A stretch of 64,000 nt of DNA, from the NCBI GenBank assembly GCA_009914755.4, contig CP086569.2, forward strand, positions 21,504,001 to 21,568,000. Direction: 5' to 3'. This DNA comes from the human T2T-CHM13v2.0 reference genome, Homo sapiens. How positions within the stretch are numbered: the first letter of the stretch is position 1; every line of letters starts with the position of its first letter. Shown in pieces: positions 26,398 to 39,690 of this stretch. A program made the translations under genes and the position numbers. Under the pieces are notes generated by a model that worked only from the letters and a program-made list of their open reading frames with translations, did not search any database and was not told where the DNA came from.

Positions 26398-26495
26398 TTT
26401 ACTCCCTTCTGGAATATTACCTAGTGACCTGGATATTTTCTTCTGGAATATTACCTAGTGGAATATTACTTTCTGGAATATTACCTAGTGACCTG
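26398..26495. repeat. tandem repeat, ~20-bp unit ×4-5 (ttctggaatattacctagtg)
   Basis: Direct repeats are visible and produce the repetitive peptide SGILPSGILLSGILPS in ORF 26298-26567. Confidence 0.85.
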
Positions 26496-26589
26496 ATAAA
26501 CACAGTGGCCACAGCTGGCCCTGCCCAAGGAGAGTGTGAGCTCATACCTAACACTGACCCCACCTAATGGTATTTCTCTACCTACCCTG

Positions 26590-28935
26590 GTAGCTTAACA
26601 CAAATAACATAAACTTTTAGGAGTTTTATGACCCCATCTATCACCTGAGAACCCAGAATACTTCTACAGAAAAACAAAGTAAGCACAAATCTTACTGCTA
26701 CTACCACAGCTGGTGCTCTCTTTTATATGCCATCTCTTGGTGGGAGGCCAAACTGCTTAGGCCATTACAGCATCTCTCAGCAGAAGAGCACTGCTCCTAG
26801 GAGTGAGAAAATAGTTATGGGAATCTCAGCTAACACCACTGCCTACAAAAACCTGGCCAATGACAGGTCATAAGTGTGTACATGTTACAAGTTCATTACA
26901 ATTAAAATCAGCATTCAAGAAAGCCATCACATTAAGTTTATATACAACTAAGGAATCAAATGGTGTATGTCATTCCCCTGCCACCTCTAAGGGAGCAGGC
27001 ACTGGTATCTACTACTAGGAGACCTGAAGTCAGGTTGCATCACTAGATCCCTTCCAGACATTTCCCAGCACGAGCTTGAAGTTTGGCAGCCCATCTGGGT
27101 AGCTAGACTCAGAAGAGCAATAACAATAAATGCAGTGCAGCTCTCAGAAAGTTCCATTCACAGGAGAAGGAAGGATCGTGCACCATATCAAGGGAACACC
27201 CAGTGGGACAAAGGAATCTGGGTGGAAGGCCTTCCATCCATTATCTTTCCCACTGGTGGGAAGCTTCTTACAGCAAAGACATAATTGCAGTGCTAGTTAA
27301 AGCAGGGAAATTCTGTACCTCTACCCCAACAGGCAGGCAACCTCCGTGATTGTAAAGAGGCTTGGAGAAGAGGTCTGTTCCCACTCCCACCCCCTGCCAC
27401 ACCGTATACCTTTGCAGACAGAGCTGGGGCTTGTCTTATGGGATGCAGCATGAATTAATCTACAGGCAAACTTCCGGGAACAATTCAGGGTAATTGCATC
27501 CCCGCAGGAGGAGTGCTTCCCTGATTCAGACCCGCACAACAGGCAGAGTCACAATTTCTGTCTACTTGGAACATAAACGTTCCTATGGATGATAAGAGGT
27601 ACCTGTTTGATCTGAAAAGCTAAAATATGGGACAGGAATGAGGCTGAGAGGCAGATAACTTTTCTCCTTGCCTGGCAGGGGTGCTAAAGTAGCTCTCCCC
27701 TTCACTTTGATAAATCCTCAGCACATCTAATTGAGAGCTCCCACAGCCACCTTCATCAAAGGTTGGAACCTCTACCCAACACTGGGTATTACATCTTCCT
27801 AGATCTACCCACATTAGCTACAACCAGTGTCTACCCAGGGTTACCTGCCCTATTGACTGAATCATCAACTCAGTAAATAAAATCCTGGGGGGAAATTAAA
27901 TAAATAAATGAAATGTACACATTTTAGGGGGAAAATTAAATAAATAAGTGAAATGTATACCACTTGAGAATGAGCTAAGCTTCAAGAGATCCCTGCCATT
28001 CCAAAACCATAGAAGCCAGTGAACTCATCCACATACCAAGAACATTACTACTACAACCAGCATCTCAGAAAGCCAGCACAAAAGGACGCTCTATAAGTAA
28101 AAAAAACTCATACAGGGTCATCACCACTACAAGCACCAAGAACAAAATTAAGCTAAAATAAACTATAAACATCAAAGTCAGATTATTAGGAATAAGAAAA
28201 AATAATCAAGTAAAAAATAAATTCAAGAAAAACTTAAAAAAATAGTTTATCCATGTGAGAAGAAACAAGAAAGGTATTCTAATAATATGACAAAACAGGC
28301 TCTATAATTCTCTCCAGAGATTATACCAGCTCCCCAGCAGTAAATCTAAACCAAGATGAAACCTCTGAAATGCCAAAGAATTGAGAAGATTGATTATTAT
28401 GATACTCGAGAAGATATCAGAGAAAAGTAAAAAACAACCAAAAATTTTAAAAATAGGATATGAATTTTTAAATTTCCAAAGAAATAGCTATAATAAGAAA
28501 AAAGGAATCAGAACAATCATAACTTCTCTGGAAATTAAAGACACACAGGGGAATACTAAACACTGTGGAAAGTTTCAATAATAGATAAGAACAAGTAGAG
28601 GAAAAGATTTTAGAGCTCAAAGGCAAGACTTTTAACCCAATGAAACAAAGACAAAATAAAAAGAATTCAAAAACTGAACACAGTCTCCAAGAAATATGGA
28701 ATTATGTAAAACTGACAAACCTAAGATTAATTGATGTTCTTGAGGGAGAAGTCTAAAAGTTTTGAAAACTTAACTTGAGGCAAAAATTGAGAAAATTGTC
28801 TCTGGCCTTGCCAGACATCTAGACAGCCAAATGCAAGAAGCTCAAAGGATTCCTGGGAATTTTATTGTGGAAAGATCATCATCACCAAAGAACAGAGTCA
28901 TCAGAATATCTAAAGTCAAAATGAATGAAATAATT
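26590..28935 (+). mobile_element. old L1 (L1M-like) 5'UTR/ORF1 fragment, sense
   Basis: 28600-28720 resembles the L1 ORF1 region (…caaagaattcaaaaactgaacacagtctccaagaaatatggaattatgtaaaactgacaaacctaagattaattgatgttc). Upstream sequence is L1 5'UTR-like. The subfamily call and the boundaries are inference. Confidence 0.45.
27878..27960. repeat. ~40-bp tandem duplication (ggggggaaattaaataaataaatgaaatgtacac ×2)
   Basis: Two adjacent near-identical copies seen directly in the sequence. Confidence 0.8.
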
Positions 28936-28936
28936 G

Positions 28937-29292
28937 TGAGTTATATGTGAAACGGCAGGAGATCGGTCAGAGTGGTGGGAGAAATTTATAGGGAAAGGAG
29001 CAGGCCTTCTGAAAGGTCAGAAGCCTCTGCATAGCTTCAGGGGAGAATAGCTGAAGGCAGCTGTTCTCTATCTCTGAGGCAGACAGCAAGCGGTAGGTAC
29101 AAGGAAGTGTAGGGGAATTTATCTTAAACAGGCTTATTCACTTATATTGACCAGGAACTGATGCTTGATCATCCAGGTGCATGACACTCCCTGAAAGGGG
29201 AACAATAAATATTAATTTCCCACAGATTGTGTTTGCTCCAGGCTCTCAGCATTATGCCTGCACTGAATAAAAGCAAGCAGCTCTAGCTTCTC
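28937..29292 (+). mobile_element. 5' LTR-like segment of the ERVK-like element (~356 bp)
   Basis: TG…CA termini and an AATAAAAG signal. It lies just upstream of the Alu-interrupted leader and the gag start. No matching 3' copy was found in the window. Confidence 0.45.
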
Positions 29293-29478
29293 GAGGCTAC
29301 ACTTTGGCCACTAGAGCTAGGCAGACCCCTACCGGATCTTACACTGCATACCTGTGTCTAAGTATTCCTTTTATCTGTCACTCGGCCAGGGTCTGCACAA
29401 AAAACATGGCAGGTAGTGTCCTTTGTGAGGAACACTGCAATGGATCACAACAGAACCCTCAAAAATGAAGGTGAAGTG

Positions 29479-29704
29479 GGCCGGGCGCAGTGGCTCACGC
29501 CTGTAATCCCAGCACTTTGGGAGGCCGAGGCTTGCAGATCACGAGGTCATGAGATCAAGGCCAGCCTGACCAACATAGTGAAACCCTGTCTCTACTAAAA
29601 ATACAAACAATTAGCTGGGTGTGGTGGTGCGTGCCTGTAGTCCTAGCTACTTGGGCACTCTAGCCTGGGCAACAAGAGTGAAACTCCGTCTTAAAAAAAA
29701 AAAA
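29479..29704 (+). mobile_element. Alu with ~70-bp internal deletion, inserted in ERVK leader; 12-bp TSD GAAGGTGAAGTG
   Basis: Starts ggccgggcgcagtggctcacgcc and ends in an A×12 tail. TSD copies at 29467-29478 and 29705-29716. Confidence 0.85.
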
Positions 29705-29790
29705 GAAGGTGAAGTGACTGCACAGTAAGTAATTTGTGTCTGTTCAGCATTCCCAAGTTGAAGGGGATTTTCAAGCTAGGGTTTCACCAT

Positions 29791-31100
29791 GGGACAACAG
29801 TTACCAGCTCAACAGCAACAGTATATAAAAGTATTGAAACAGCTACTTAAAGCAAGTGGAGCCTCGGTTTTGCAGGCTCGATTAAGGAAACTAATGCAAA
29901 CTGTTGTTTGCCATAACCCCCATGGTTACCTAAAGAAGGCACATTAGACTTAGAGCTCTGGGACTAAGTGGGGAGAAACTTAAATGACATCATGCAGAAG
30001 GGCAACATGTCCCAGTAACATCTTTAACGTTATGGGCCTTAGGTAGGGCTGCTTTGGCCCCACTCTACACAGAATAGCCTAAAAAGGGAAGGGAGGAAGA
30101 ACTATCATCTACCTTACCTCCTCCTCCTCTTCCCTCAGACCCACTGTTATCAAGTAAAGGTGCCACACAGGAGACAGAGATTTTCCCTGAGCCCCCTCCA
30201 CCAATAAATTGGAAAAAAGACAGATGATACACTACAGTTATGGGACCCTAACTTAGGAAAGCATATTAGAAGGGGAGCTCTTGGCCTACCCAGTGATGCA
30301 AGATCAACAAGGAAATCAGGTACATAAACCCATTATTTTCAACACTTACAAGGAAATGAGAAAAAACATTAGAGAAAATGGAGCTGCTAGCCCATTTACA
30401 AAAGGATTAATTGAGGCCATAGCAAACAACTACCATATAACCCTGTGGGACTGGTCAGTATTAGCTAAAACAACTTTAGAGGCCAGTCAATACCTCTAAA
30501 TGTCATGAGTTGTGAGGACAACAAGCCAATCAGAATCAATAGGCCAAGCAAAACATAATGGCTGCTACGTTCAGGGGAGGGGTCCCTGTATTAATGCACA
30601 ACAACAATTAAATTTTGTCCCTCTTTGCACAAGTATCTTTGTGCATTCACAGGATCTGGGACCAAATTCCCCAAGGCAGAATTCATCAGGGGGCTTTTGT
30701 AAATGTTTGACAAGGGCCTCAGGAGGCATTTGTTGAATTTATCAGTTGGTTGACCCACGCAATTGAGAGACAAATTACTCATGACTAGGCTGCTGATATC
30801 TTATTGTTGCAATTGGCTTAAAAAAATGCTAATGTAGACTGCCAGCAAGCAATGTAGGCAATCAGAGGAAACGCAGCTACAGTCAGGGGAACTTACATGA
30901 GGAAGTCAGCTGGTGCAGACTGAAACACACAAAGCCAGAATATTGGCAATGTCATTACAGCCTCCTAAAGTGAAAAGAGAGAAAAACCCAAATTGTTTCT
31001 ATGTGGAGAACCAGGTTATATGAAGCAGAAATGCCCCAATAGTAAAGACCAAAGTAACTCAGGAAAAGAACCTTCTTCTATATGCCCCTGAGGTAAAAAG
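29791..31100 (+). pseudogene. ERVK-like gag remnant
   Basis: ORFs 30281-30499 and 30512-30736. Zinc-knuckle remnant CFYVENQV… at ~30990. Confidence 0.7.
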
Positions 31101-31559
31101 GGACAACACTGGGCAAATCAAAGTAAGTCCAAATTTGATAAAAATGGCAACCCCCTAAGTAATTAAGTTGAAAACTTCAGCAGCTTTCCTAGATCAGATG
31201 GAAAGCCCTCAGTCCTCTTTCTCAGAGCAGCCACCACTGGGAACTCACAACTGGACTTACTCTGCCCCAACAAATTAGTGCTAAAAGAAGAAGACCCTAA
31301 AAGGGTTGCAACAAGAGTCTGGACCCACTGCCTCTGGAAACAGTGGGATTGGTCCTAGGGTGATCCAAACTATCCTGTAAAGGAATCAATGTGCTTACCA
31401 GAGTAATTGATAGTGATTATCAGGTGACATATTAGTTATGATGTAATCTAAAGGACTACATATGCTCTCCTATATCTAAGATAGCTGGATTACTACTTAC
31501 TATACTGGGTTCCCAATGCCCAGGGAAAGGAAAGGGGACAAGGATGTTTTGGAAGCTTG

Positions 31560-34390
31560 GGAGCCACAGGAGTATATTGGGACCAGTTAATCCCTGATCA
31601 GAAACCCGTGATTACCTTAAAAATGGGAAATAAAAATTTTACTGGCCTGTTGGATACAAGGGCAGACATTTCGATCATTAATGATTAAAACTGGCCAGAA
31701 ACTTGGCCCTATGTCACTCAGAATTAAAAAAACTGTCAGCATTGGGAAAGCACCGACAGCCAAGCAGAGCATGCACCTCCTAACATGTCATGATCTGGAG
31801 GGAAGAAAAGCAGTTATACAACCTTTAATCATCCCCATCCCTGTTAATCTTTGCGGATGGGATCTGTTAGTCCAATGGGGGGTCACCTTGCAGACCCTTT
31901 TCTAATAGTGGCCACTGCTGTATTTCCTCCCCTACTCCTGACATGGCTCTCTCAATATCCAATTTGAGTAGAACAGTGGCCTTTAGAGGGAGATAAATTA
32001 CAATGAGCCCATGAATTAGCTGAGGAACAATTCAAACCAGTCATACAGAACCATAAAACAGCCCTTGGAATTTGCCTGTTTTTGTCATTCCCAAAAATTC
32101 TGGTAGATGAAGAGTTTTGCATGACTTACATGCTATCAATGCTAATTTGCCCTGATGGGGCCCGTTCAACAGGGTCTCCCTTTTCAGGTGGTGATTCCTC
32201 GAGACTGGCCCATAGTCATTATTGACTTAAAAGACTGCTTTTTATACTAGTCCCCTTGCAGAACATGACATATAATAATTTGTGTTTGCAATACTAGCTA
32301 TCAATAATGAAAGTACAGCTCACCAATTTTGCTGGAAAGTATTTCCTCAAAGAATGCTAAACAGTCCTACCATGTGTCAGTATCATGTAAATCAGGCTTT
32401 GCTCCCCAGTAGAAAATAATTTCCTAATTGTGAGGTCATCCATACCAGCAGCCCCAAAGGAGCCAATACTTTTGAGTTTATATGCCTGTCAAAAGGACAC
32501 AGTTATGAGGTTTAATCATAGCACCTGAAAATGTACAGATGTCCTCCCCTTGGAAATATCTTGGATACATACTAACTTCCTGGTCCGTAAGACCTCAAAA
32601 GTTTAAATTGAATACTAACACCTTACACAGCTTAAATGATTGTCAAAAATTACTGGGCCCTATTAACTAGCCCTGCCCCACCTTGGGCATAAGTACTGAC
32701 AAATTACAGAACTTGTTTTCATCCTAAAGGGCAATGCAGCCCTGGACTCACCCAGTACTTAACCCCCACTGCAAAAAGAGAAATTGAGGAAATAGAACAA
32801 GCTATTTTTCAGGGGCAACTATATTGAATAGACCCACAATATTCAGTCCAATTGCTTGTTTTTCCTACTAAGCATTCTCCAACAAGATTAAAAGGACCAA
32901 TGGTCCCAGGGCTATGCTTCCTAGAATGGGGTTTTTGGTCACATACTGGGACTAGAACACTATCTCTCCATGTCCAGCTATTTAGTAAGTCATCTATACA
33001 GGTAGAAAACGATGCAATCAATTGCAAGTTTATGACCCTGATGTCATAAGAATACCCTTAAGTAAAAAACAATTTGAAGCACTCCTGCCCCTATTTCTAT
33101 ACTTTGAGATAGCACTCTCTGATTATGAGAGCCATGTAGAACATGCTCTTCCCATTGACAAACTACTTCAGTTCTTATCTCATGTTCCCGTAGTTATGCC
33201 TATGTAGGTAGTTCACTCCCCCATACCTAACACATTTATGCTTTTCACTGATGGCTCTGGTAAATATGGAAAAGCAGCTACCTGGTAGGAACCACAAAAC
33301 TCCCTCACTCGATCTGAATTTACTAGTACTCAGAGAGCTGAGGTTACAGCCCTAATATTGACCCTGGAAATCTTTTCCACTCAGCCCATCAATATTGTTA
33401 GTGACTCTGCTTACTCCGTTTATTTATTGCAAAACCTCAAAACAGCCCTCATGTCCACTACTGAGCCCACCCTGTGTGCCCTTTTTCTTCAACTTCAGCA
33501 ATGGCTGGATCAATGAAGACATTATATTTTAATTACACACATTCAGGCCCACATCTTGCTGCCCAGTCCACTAGTTCATGGCAATGATTAAGCAGACCTG
33601 AAAGTTATGACGTCAGTGCTTGACCAAGCCACCCAATCACATCACTTTTTCCACCAAAATTGGAGAAAATTAATTAAACAATTTCAACTAACCCAAAGAC
33701 TACCTAAACAAATTATTTTACAATGCACAGATTGCCAGCACACAGGCACATCCCATCCTTCAACAGGGGTTAACCCTGGAGGACTAGAACCTAATCAGTT
33801 ATGGCAAAAAGATGTTACACATGTCCCTGAATGTGGAAAACTAAGATACGTACATGTATCTGTTGATAACAATTCCCATCTAATTAGTGCTCATGCTCTT
33901 TCTGGAGAGTCCACATGATATGTCATTAAACATCTTTTCTTAACTTTTGCATTTATGGGGCAGGCCACCAAAATTAAAACTGGTAATGGCCTGGCTTTTA
34001 CACCTGCTCAGTTTCAAAAATTTTGTCACACATGGAACATCCAACATTCCATGGGTATCCCATATAACCCCCAAGGACAGGTCATAATAGAATGTGCCCA
34101 CTCCACCCTTAAAAATATGCTGAGAAAACAGAAAAGTGGGAATATGAGTAAGGACCCTGCAACACTATTGGCACAAGACTTATTTACCCTTAATTTCTTA
34201 AATTTAGGTGATAAATTTCCATCAGCTATAGAAAAGCACTTTGCAAAAGCCCCTCAAGACATAAAATCTGTGGTGTTATGGAAAGATGTAAATAGTAATA
34301 TATGGTGTGGTCCACATGACTTAATGTGGGGAAGAGGATATGCTTGTGTTCACACCCCCTCAGGTCTTCTTTGGATTCCAGTGTGAAGCA
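31560..34390 (+). pseudogene. ERVK-like pro-pol remnant
   Basis: Protease ORF 31681-31905. RT region reads …VIPKNSG…[11 protein letters not shown]…. IN ORFs 33607-33918 and 33955-34386. Confidence 0.7.
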
Positions 34391-35084
34391 TCAAACCATA
34401 CCATGGCATGGCTGGGACCCCATCCGGTAGCAGAAATGAAGGAAATGACCCTGCAGGACCCGCAGCCCCAGATGATGCAGCTTCCTCAGGTGACACAGGC
34501 CCCAGACATTACCTGGGGGTTGCTGAAGAAGACAACTCAGGCTGAGCGAATCTTGCTTCAGACAAAGACACCATTTACTCCAGATAATTTGTTCCTCACT
34601 ATGCTTTCTGTTACGTAATGCAACTGTCATAGGGTATTAACATTTCTTATTCTCTCACTTTGCCTGCAATCTGCACCTACTACTCTCTATTGGGCCCATC
34701 TTCTGGATTCACCTTTCTTCTGCCCTGTTACTTGGGTGGACACCCCCTTCCCAGCCTCTAACAACATGACTACTTGGCTGGGAGGGATTGACATACCCCG
34801 TTAGGGTCCCTTCTTAATGACACATGTTGGGCTGAGATGTCAGGTAACACTACATATCACTCCACAATCCTCCCACTGAATGTAAGTTATAACAGTGCTA
34901 AACCTTACTGTGTGCCTGCCCAAAAACAATTATGGCTACATTGTGGCAAAGGAAATGCCTTAACATTCTTGGTTGCAGGTAGCCTCAAATCAGGCAGTGC
35001 AAACAATGGCACATTCCCTGATATTCCTCTCTGTGCTAAAGAACAAAGCCAGGAAAGTAATGGATTCCACTTTGGCTATAGTGC

Positions 35085-35290
35085 AGTGGTGCAATCATAG
35101 TGCACTGCAGCCTCCAACTCCTGCTCGAGCAGTACTCCTGCCTCAGCCCCCACAGTAGCCAGGATTACACACATGTACTACCATGCCAGACTAATTTTTT
35201 TTCTTTAATTTTGTAGATATGAGGTCTCACTTTGTTCCTCAGTCTGGTCATGATCTCCTGGGTTCAAGCAGTCCTCCTGCCTCAGCCTAC
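35085..35290 (-). mobile_element. old Alu (AluJ-like) fragment, antisense
   Basis: Antisense Alu right-arm/left-arm sequence: ggctatagtgcagtggtgcaatcatag…cctgcctcagcc. Confidence 0.7.
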
Positions 35291-35436
35291 CAACATGGCA
35301 AAACCACCTGTCTACAAATAATACAAAAATTAGCCAGGTATAGCGTTATATGCCTGTAGTCCCAGCGGCTCAGCAAGCTGAGATTGGTGGATCACTTGAG
35401 CTCAAGGCATGAAGACCACATGCCTGTAGTCCCAGC
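35290..35436 (+). mobile_element. old Alu, left part of an Alu split by the ERV insertion (right part at 41212-41340)
   Basis: Ends …gcctgtagtcccagc immediately before LTR start TGTTAGTCC. The sequence after the 3' LTR resumes ctgctactcagaaggctgagg…, which is the next Alu segment. Confidence 0.7.
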
Positions 35437-35900
35437 TGTTAGTCCAGACTACATCACTATGTAAGCTCCCTGCTATTGTGCAGAGCTTGGTCAAAGTGTA
35501 ATATTTCATAGGGGGTTGGACCATGTGAAACATCCTGCCTGATATTTCACATCATCATAAGGCAGATAAAGGCCCAACTAAATAAACATCCCTATCATAT
35601 TTTACTGGGCAAAGGTCCAAAGAACACCATGATGACATCCTGCTGGAAGACCAGAACTGCATCATCATGAGAACATCTTATCAATATCCTGCCAATAGCA
35701 AGCCATGCTGCCCAGACTCCTCCCACTCATACCTATAAGTAACCCCACTCTGTAAGCACTTGTGGGCTCTTGCATTAGGCTGGTCTCCCACTTCTGCAGG
35801 CTTTATGCTATCCATAAAGCCTGTATTTGCTGTTGAGTTGCCCTCTTTCTACATGTATGTCTTTCTTTAACCCTTGCCTTCCTTCCAAAACCTAACATTT

Positions 35901-35918
35901 TGGTGCCAAAACTCAGGA
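35901..35918 (+). promoter_or_regulatory. primer-binding site, tRNA-Phe-like
   Basis: TGGTGCCaAAACtCaGGA versus the tRNA-Phe complement TGGTGCCGAAACCCGGGA: 15/18, all three mismatches CpG-type transitions. Versus the tRNA-His (HERV-H) PBS it is 12/18. Confidence 0.5.
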
Positions 35919-36496
35919 TGGGGATTGGGTTCTAATGGGTAACTCTCCTCTTGCAACCTGGAAAGCAGCAATCAACAAAAACTAGACCTGGACTTGCTTC
36001 CATGTCCTGAGAGGACTCCCTGTTCCCAGCTCCATTCCCTTATTCTCTTTACTTCTCCAGCCCTAGGTTAACCTCCAGATGCTAATCAAACTCCTCTTTT
36101 TCCTTCCTTCCCTTTTTCAGGCTGCTTCAGGAAGGATTAATCCTATTGCTGGACATCACATCCAACACAAGTCTCCAATTAGTGAGTGAGTCTCCCTTCC
36201 TCCTTTCCAGATTTCTCTGTATTTTTGGTTTCAGAAAATCTTAGCACTAGGTGAGAGGTCTCCCCAGTCACCAGGTTACTGTGGCCTGCCTTCTCAGGGG
36301 ACATCTTCAGAACACACACCACTCTGGCTGCTCCAGTCACTGGGGGAGAGCAAAGAGCTGCAGGGATGCCCCAGATCTTGAATGGGGTACTCACTCCCAT
36401 CCTCTAAAATTTCTTACCCTTCCAGCCACAAATACAGGGCAAGGCTCCTTAAAAACTCCACAAGACACTACACTCAGATGTCTCATCTGGAAACTC

Positions 36497-36862
<366 letters not shown>

Positions 36863-38706
36863 AACCTAAACACTTTATTCACTCCTGTCACATGTCTCAT
36901 CTGGATCCTCCAACCCTGTGGCTTGGCGGAGTCCATTAAAACTGAATGCCTTGCTTTGCCTTGCTTTCTTTTGTACTTTCCTCTGTAATATTGGCTAGCC
37001 CAATGTAAACTGGACATAATAGTCAATGACCAAAAAGCAAAACTTTCAACTTCCAAATTCAACATAATCTACAAAACTTCCTTCAATGCAATGGGAAATG
37101 ATCCAAAGTGCTTTGCTTATGTCCACTCATGGCTCTCTTTCTCTCTTTGCCAATCCTGTTCACTTTCTGAAATCCTCATCTTCAATTAAAAAAAAAAAAC
37201 CCAACCCACAAAAATGTCTCATCCTCTGGACAAGCTTCCCCCTCTAAATTCAAACCAGCCAGCAAACAATGTCTCATGTCCAACCCGCTTCTGCCAAAAA
37301 CCAGGCACATGCCCAGAGGCCCTCCAAAGTCCTCCCATTATGGGAGGTGGCAGGGCTGAAGGCATAATCTGAATTCGTATTCCCTTCTCCCTAGCCAGCC
37401 TCTTCCAGCTAAAAAGAGACTTGGCTCATTTTCCATGGATCCTACATCCTTCATCAAGGGATTTTTGTATGCCACTCAATCTTATAAACTTATTTGGCAC
37501 GCCATATGTCATCCTCCCTTCCACCCTCACCTGCAGGATAGGGAACACATCTGGACAGCCACCCAGGCCTATGCAACTACCCTCCACCAAAAAGATGTTG
37601 CCCATAACCCAACAGTTCTGGGATCCTAACTGTCCCCAGAACTAATCCCAATTGGGGTTATCAGGCATCTTCCACAGACAGACAGAAACAAGACCATATA
37701 ATATCATGCCTCCTACCTGGCATGGATAAAGCTGCCTCTGCTGTTTTTGTCTCCTGCCATTCAAAGGCAATGAATAAATATACCACCTTAAACCCTAATA
37801 CAAGTAAAAGCAGAATCAACCTCCATTTACACTTTATTTTCCAGGCAGCCCCTGATGTCTAAAAGAAACTTTAAAAACTGGAGTATGGCCCTCAAACTTC
37901 CTAAAGAGATTTACCCCAAGTGGCCTGTAAGGCTTTTAACAATAGAGAGGAAAATCTGAAAACCCAGATGCTTAAAGAACCCAAGCTAAATACAAAATGC
38001 TGGCAGCTGTGATACAACAGGGTTCCCAACACATACAGAAATCCTCAACCTTGGAACAAACTTTGTCAAGAAGCCTGTCTGAAGTATGTTTAACAGGGTC
38101 ACTGGTCAAAAGCCTGCCCTAATCCCAGGTGACCCTCAAAACCTTACCCTATCTGTGATATAAAGGAACTCTGAAAGCCATCCTGTGCTCAGCAAAACTC
38201 TATCTTGCTTCACCACCATTAACTGAAGACTGATGAGGCCTGGAGTCCACCCCCACCACCATCACCACCTCAGAACTCAGGGTAACACTTTCAGTCACTG
38301 GTAAGCCTCTGTCTTTTCTCTTTCACATGGGAATGCAGTTTCACCAGAATATTGTGGACCTCTCCTCAGTTCTATCTCTATTGTGGGCATCAATGGAATC
38401 CCCTCTAGGCACAAAGAGACTGGTCCTCTATTATGAAACCTATTCAACACCCTCTTCTTGGTTATCTCTCAATGCCCTACCCCTACCTTGGGGTGGGACA
38501 TACTAAGTAAATTCTGGACCTCAACACAATTTGCTTCCTGCAGTTCTAACCCTTTTGTTTTCCTCTGCCAACTGAATGCTTCCCTCTCCTTTCCCTCATC
38601 ATCATTTATCCACCCTTTTACCTTCTGTTAATCATAAAGTTGGAACATTTCTAAACTCACAGTAGACGCACATCACATGTCAGTTAATAGAACCCTCCAA
38701 AGACCA

Positions 38707-38999
38707 GGGGCAGTGGCTCATGCCTGTAATCCCAGCACTTTGGGAGCTGAGGGGCTCAGATCACGAGGTCAGGAGTTTGAGACCAGTGTAGCCAATATGG
38801 TGAAACCCTGTCTTTACTAAAAAAATACAAAACCTAACCAGGCATGGTAGCATGTGCCTCCAGTCCCAGCTAGTCAGGAGGCTGGGGCATGAGAATCACT
38901 GAAACCAGGAGGCAGAGGTTGCTGTGAGCTAAGATCATGCCACTGCACTCCAGCCTGTGTGACAGAGCGAGAGTCTGTCTCAAAAAAAAAAAAAAAAAA
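38707..38999 (+). mobile_element. Alu (AluS/J-like) inside the provirus
   Basis: Runs ggggcagtggctcatgcctgtaatcccagcactttgggag…gtctcaaaaaaaaaaaaaaaaat. Confidence 0.85.
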
Positions 39000-39058
39000 T
39001 AGAACACTCTAAAACCCCTCAATATTCCCTTGTCAGTCTCAATATCTCCTTAACACAA

Positions 39059-39670
39059 TTGGCCTTCGGGGCCTTAAACTTATTATCTGTAAACTTTTAC
39101 AAGCTCAAATTCTCAAGCCTGTCAACTCTTCCAACAACAACCACATCCTGGCTGTCAAAAAACAGATGGGTCTTACTGCTTGGTCCATCATCTCCCAAGT
39201 TGTTAACCAGGCAGCGGTGCCAATCCACATGGTCCCGAACCCATATACTTTACTCTCCCAAATGCCCCCAGAACTACATGCTTCTCAGTGTTGGATCTAA
39301 AGGATGCCTTTTTCACTATTCTGTTAAATCAAGCTTCCCAAAATCTTTTTCCCTTCAACTGGTCAGATCTCTATACTCATATTTCTACCCAATGAACATG
39401 GACCATAATACTCCTGCAGGGACTCTGGGATACCCTCCACTTATTCGGACAAGTCTTCACCAAGGATGTAGCTGAACTTCCCCTTGCTTCTAGAACTCTG
39501 CTCCAATATATTGATGACCTCCTCCACTGTAGCCCCTCCCTTAACCTGTCCATCCACACACCACTCAACTTTTAAACTTCCTCCATAGTCAAGGATATAA
39601 TATCTCACCCACAAAGGCTCAGGTAGCCCAAATCCAGGTCTCTTACCTTGGACTTGTTCTAACCCCAAAT
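39059..39670 (+). pseudogene. RT fragment of the HERV-F/H-like provirus
   Basis: ORF 39059-39475 and its continuation read …LLSVGSKGCLFHYSVKSS.PKSFSLQL… and YIDDLLHCSPS…KAQVAQIQVSYLGLVL. These resemble MLV LDLKDAFF…YVDDLLL…KAQICQKQVKYLGYLL. Confidence 0.7.
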
Positions 39671-39690
39671 TCTCAGGCTATCCCAGACCA

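Larger units (their letters stand above)
28937..35080 (+). mobile_element. ERVK-like (class II, betaretrovirus-like) element: 5' LTR, gag-pro-pol, truncated env, no 3' LTR
   Basis: LTR-like segment 28937-29292 runs TGTGAAACGG…CTCGAGGCTACA with AATAAA. gag starts MGQQLPAQQQ at 29791. CA reads TLWDWSVLAKTTLEASQYL (resembles HERV-K PYDWEILAKSSLSPSQFL). Protease shows DTRADISII and VNLCGWDLLVQWG. IN ORFs 33607-33918 and 33955-34386 align to HERV-K IN (…CTDCQ…NPGGLEPNQLWQKDVTHVP…; GIPYNPQGQVIIE). The HML group is not assigned. Confidence 0.75.

Noticed and set aside
35085-35436. Inverted Alu pair as a possible dsRNA/A-to-I editing hairpin
   Set aside because: The + oriented half is part of an Alu that was split by the ERV insertion; its other half is ~5.8 kb away at 41212-41340. 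The inverted pair therefore spans only a ~150-bp stem, the result of insertion history, although editing is not excluded.
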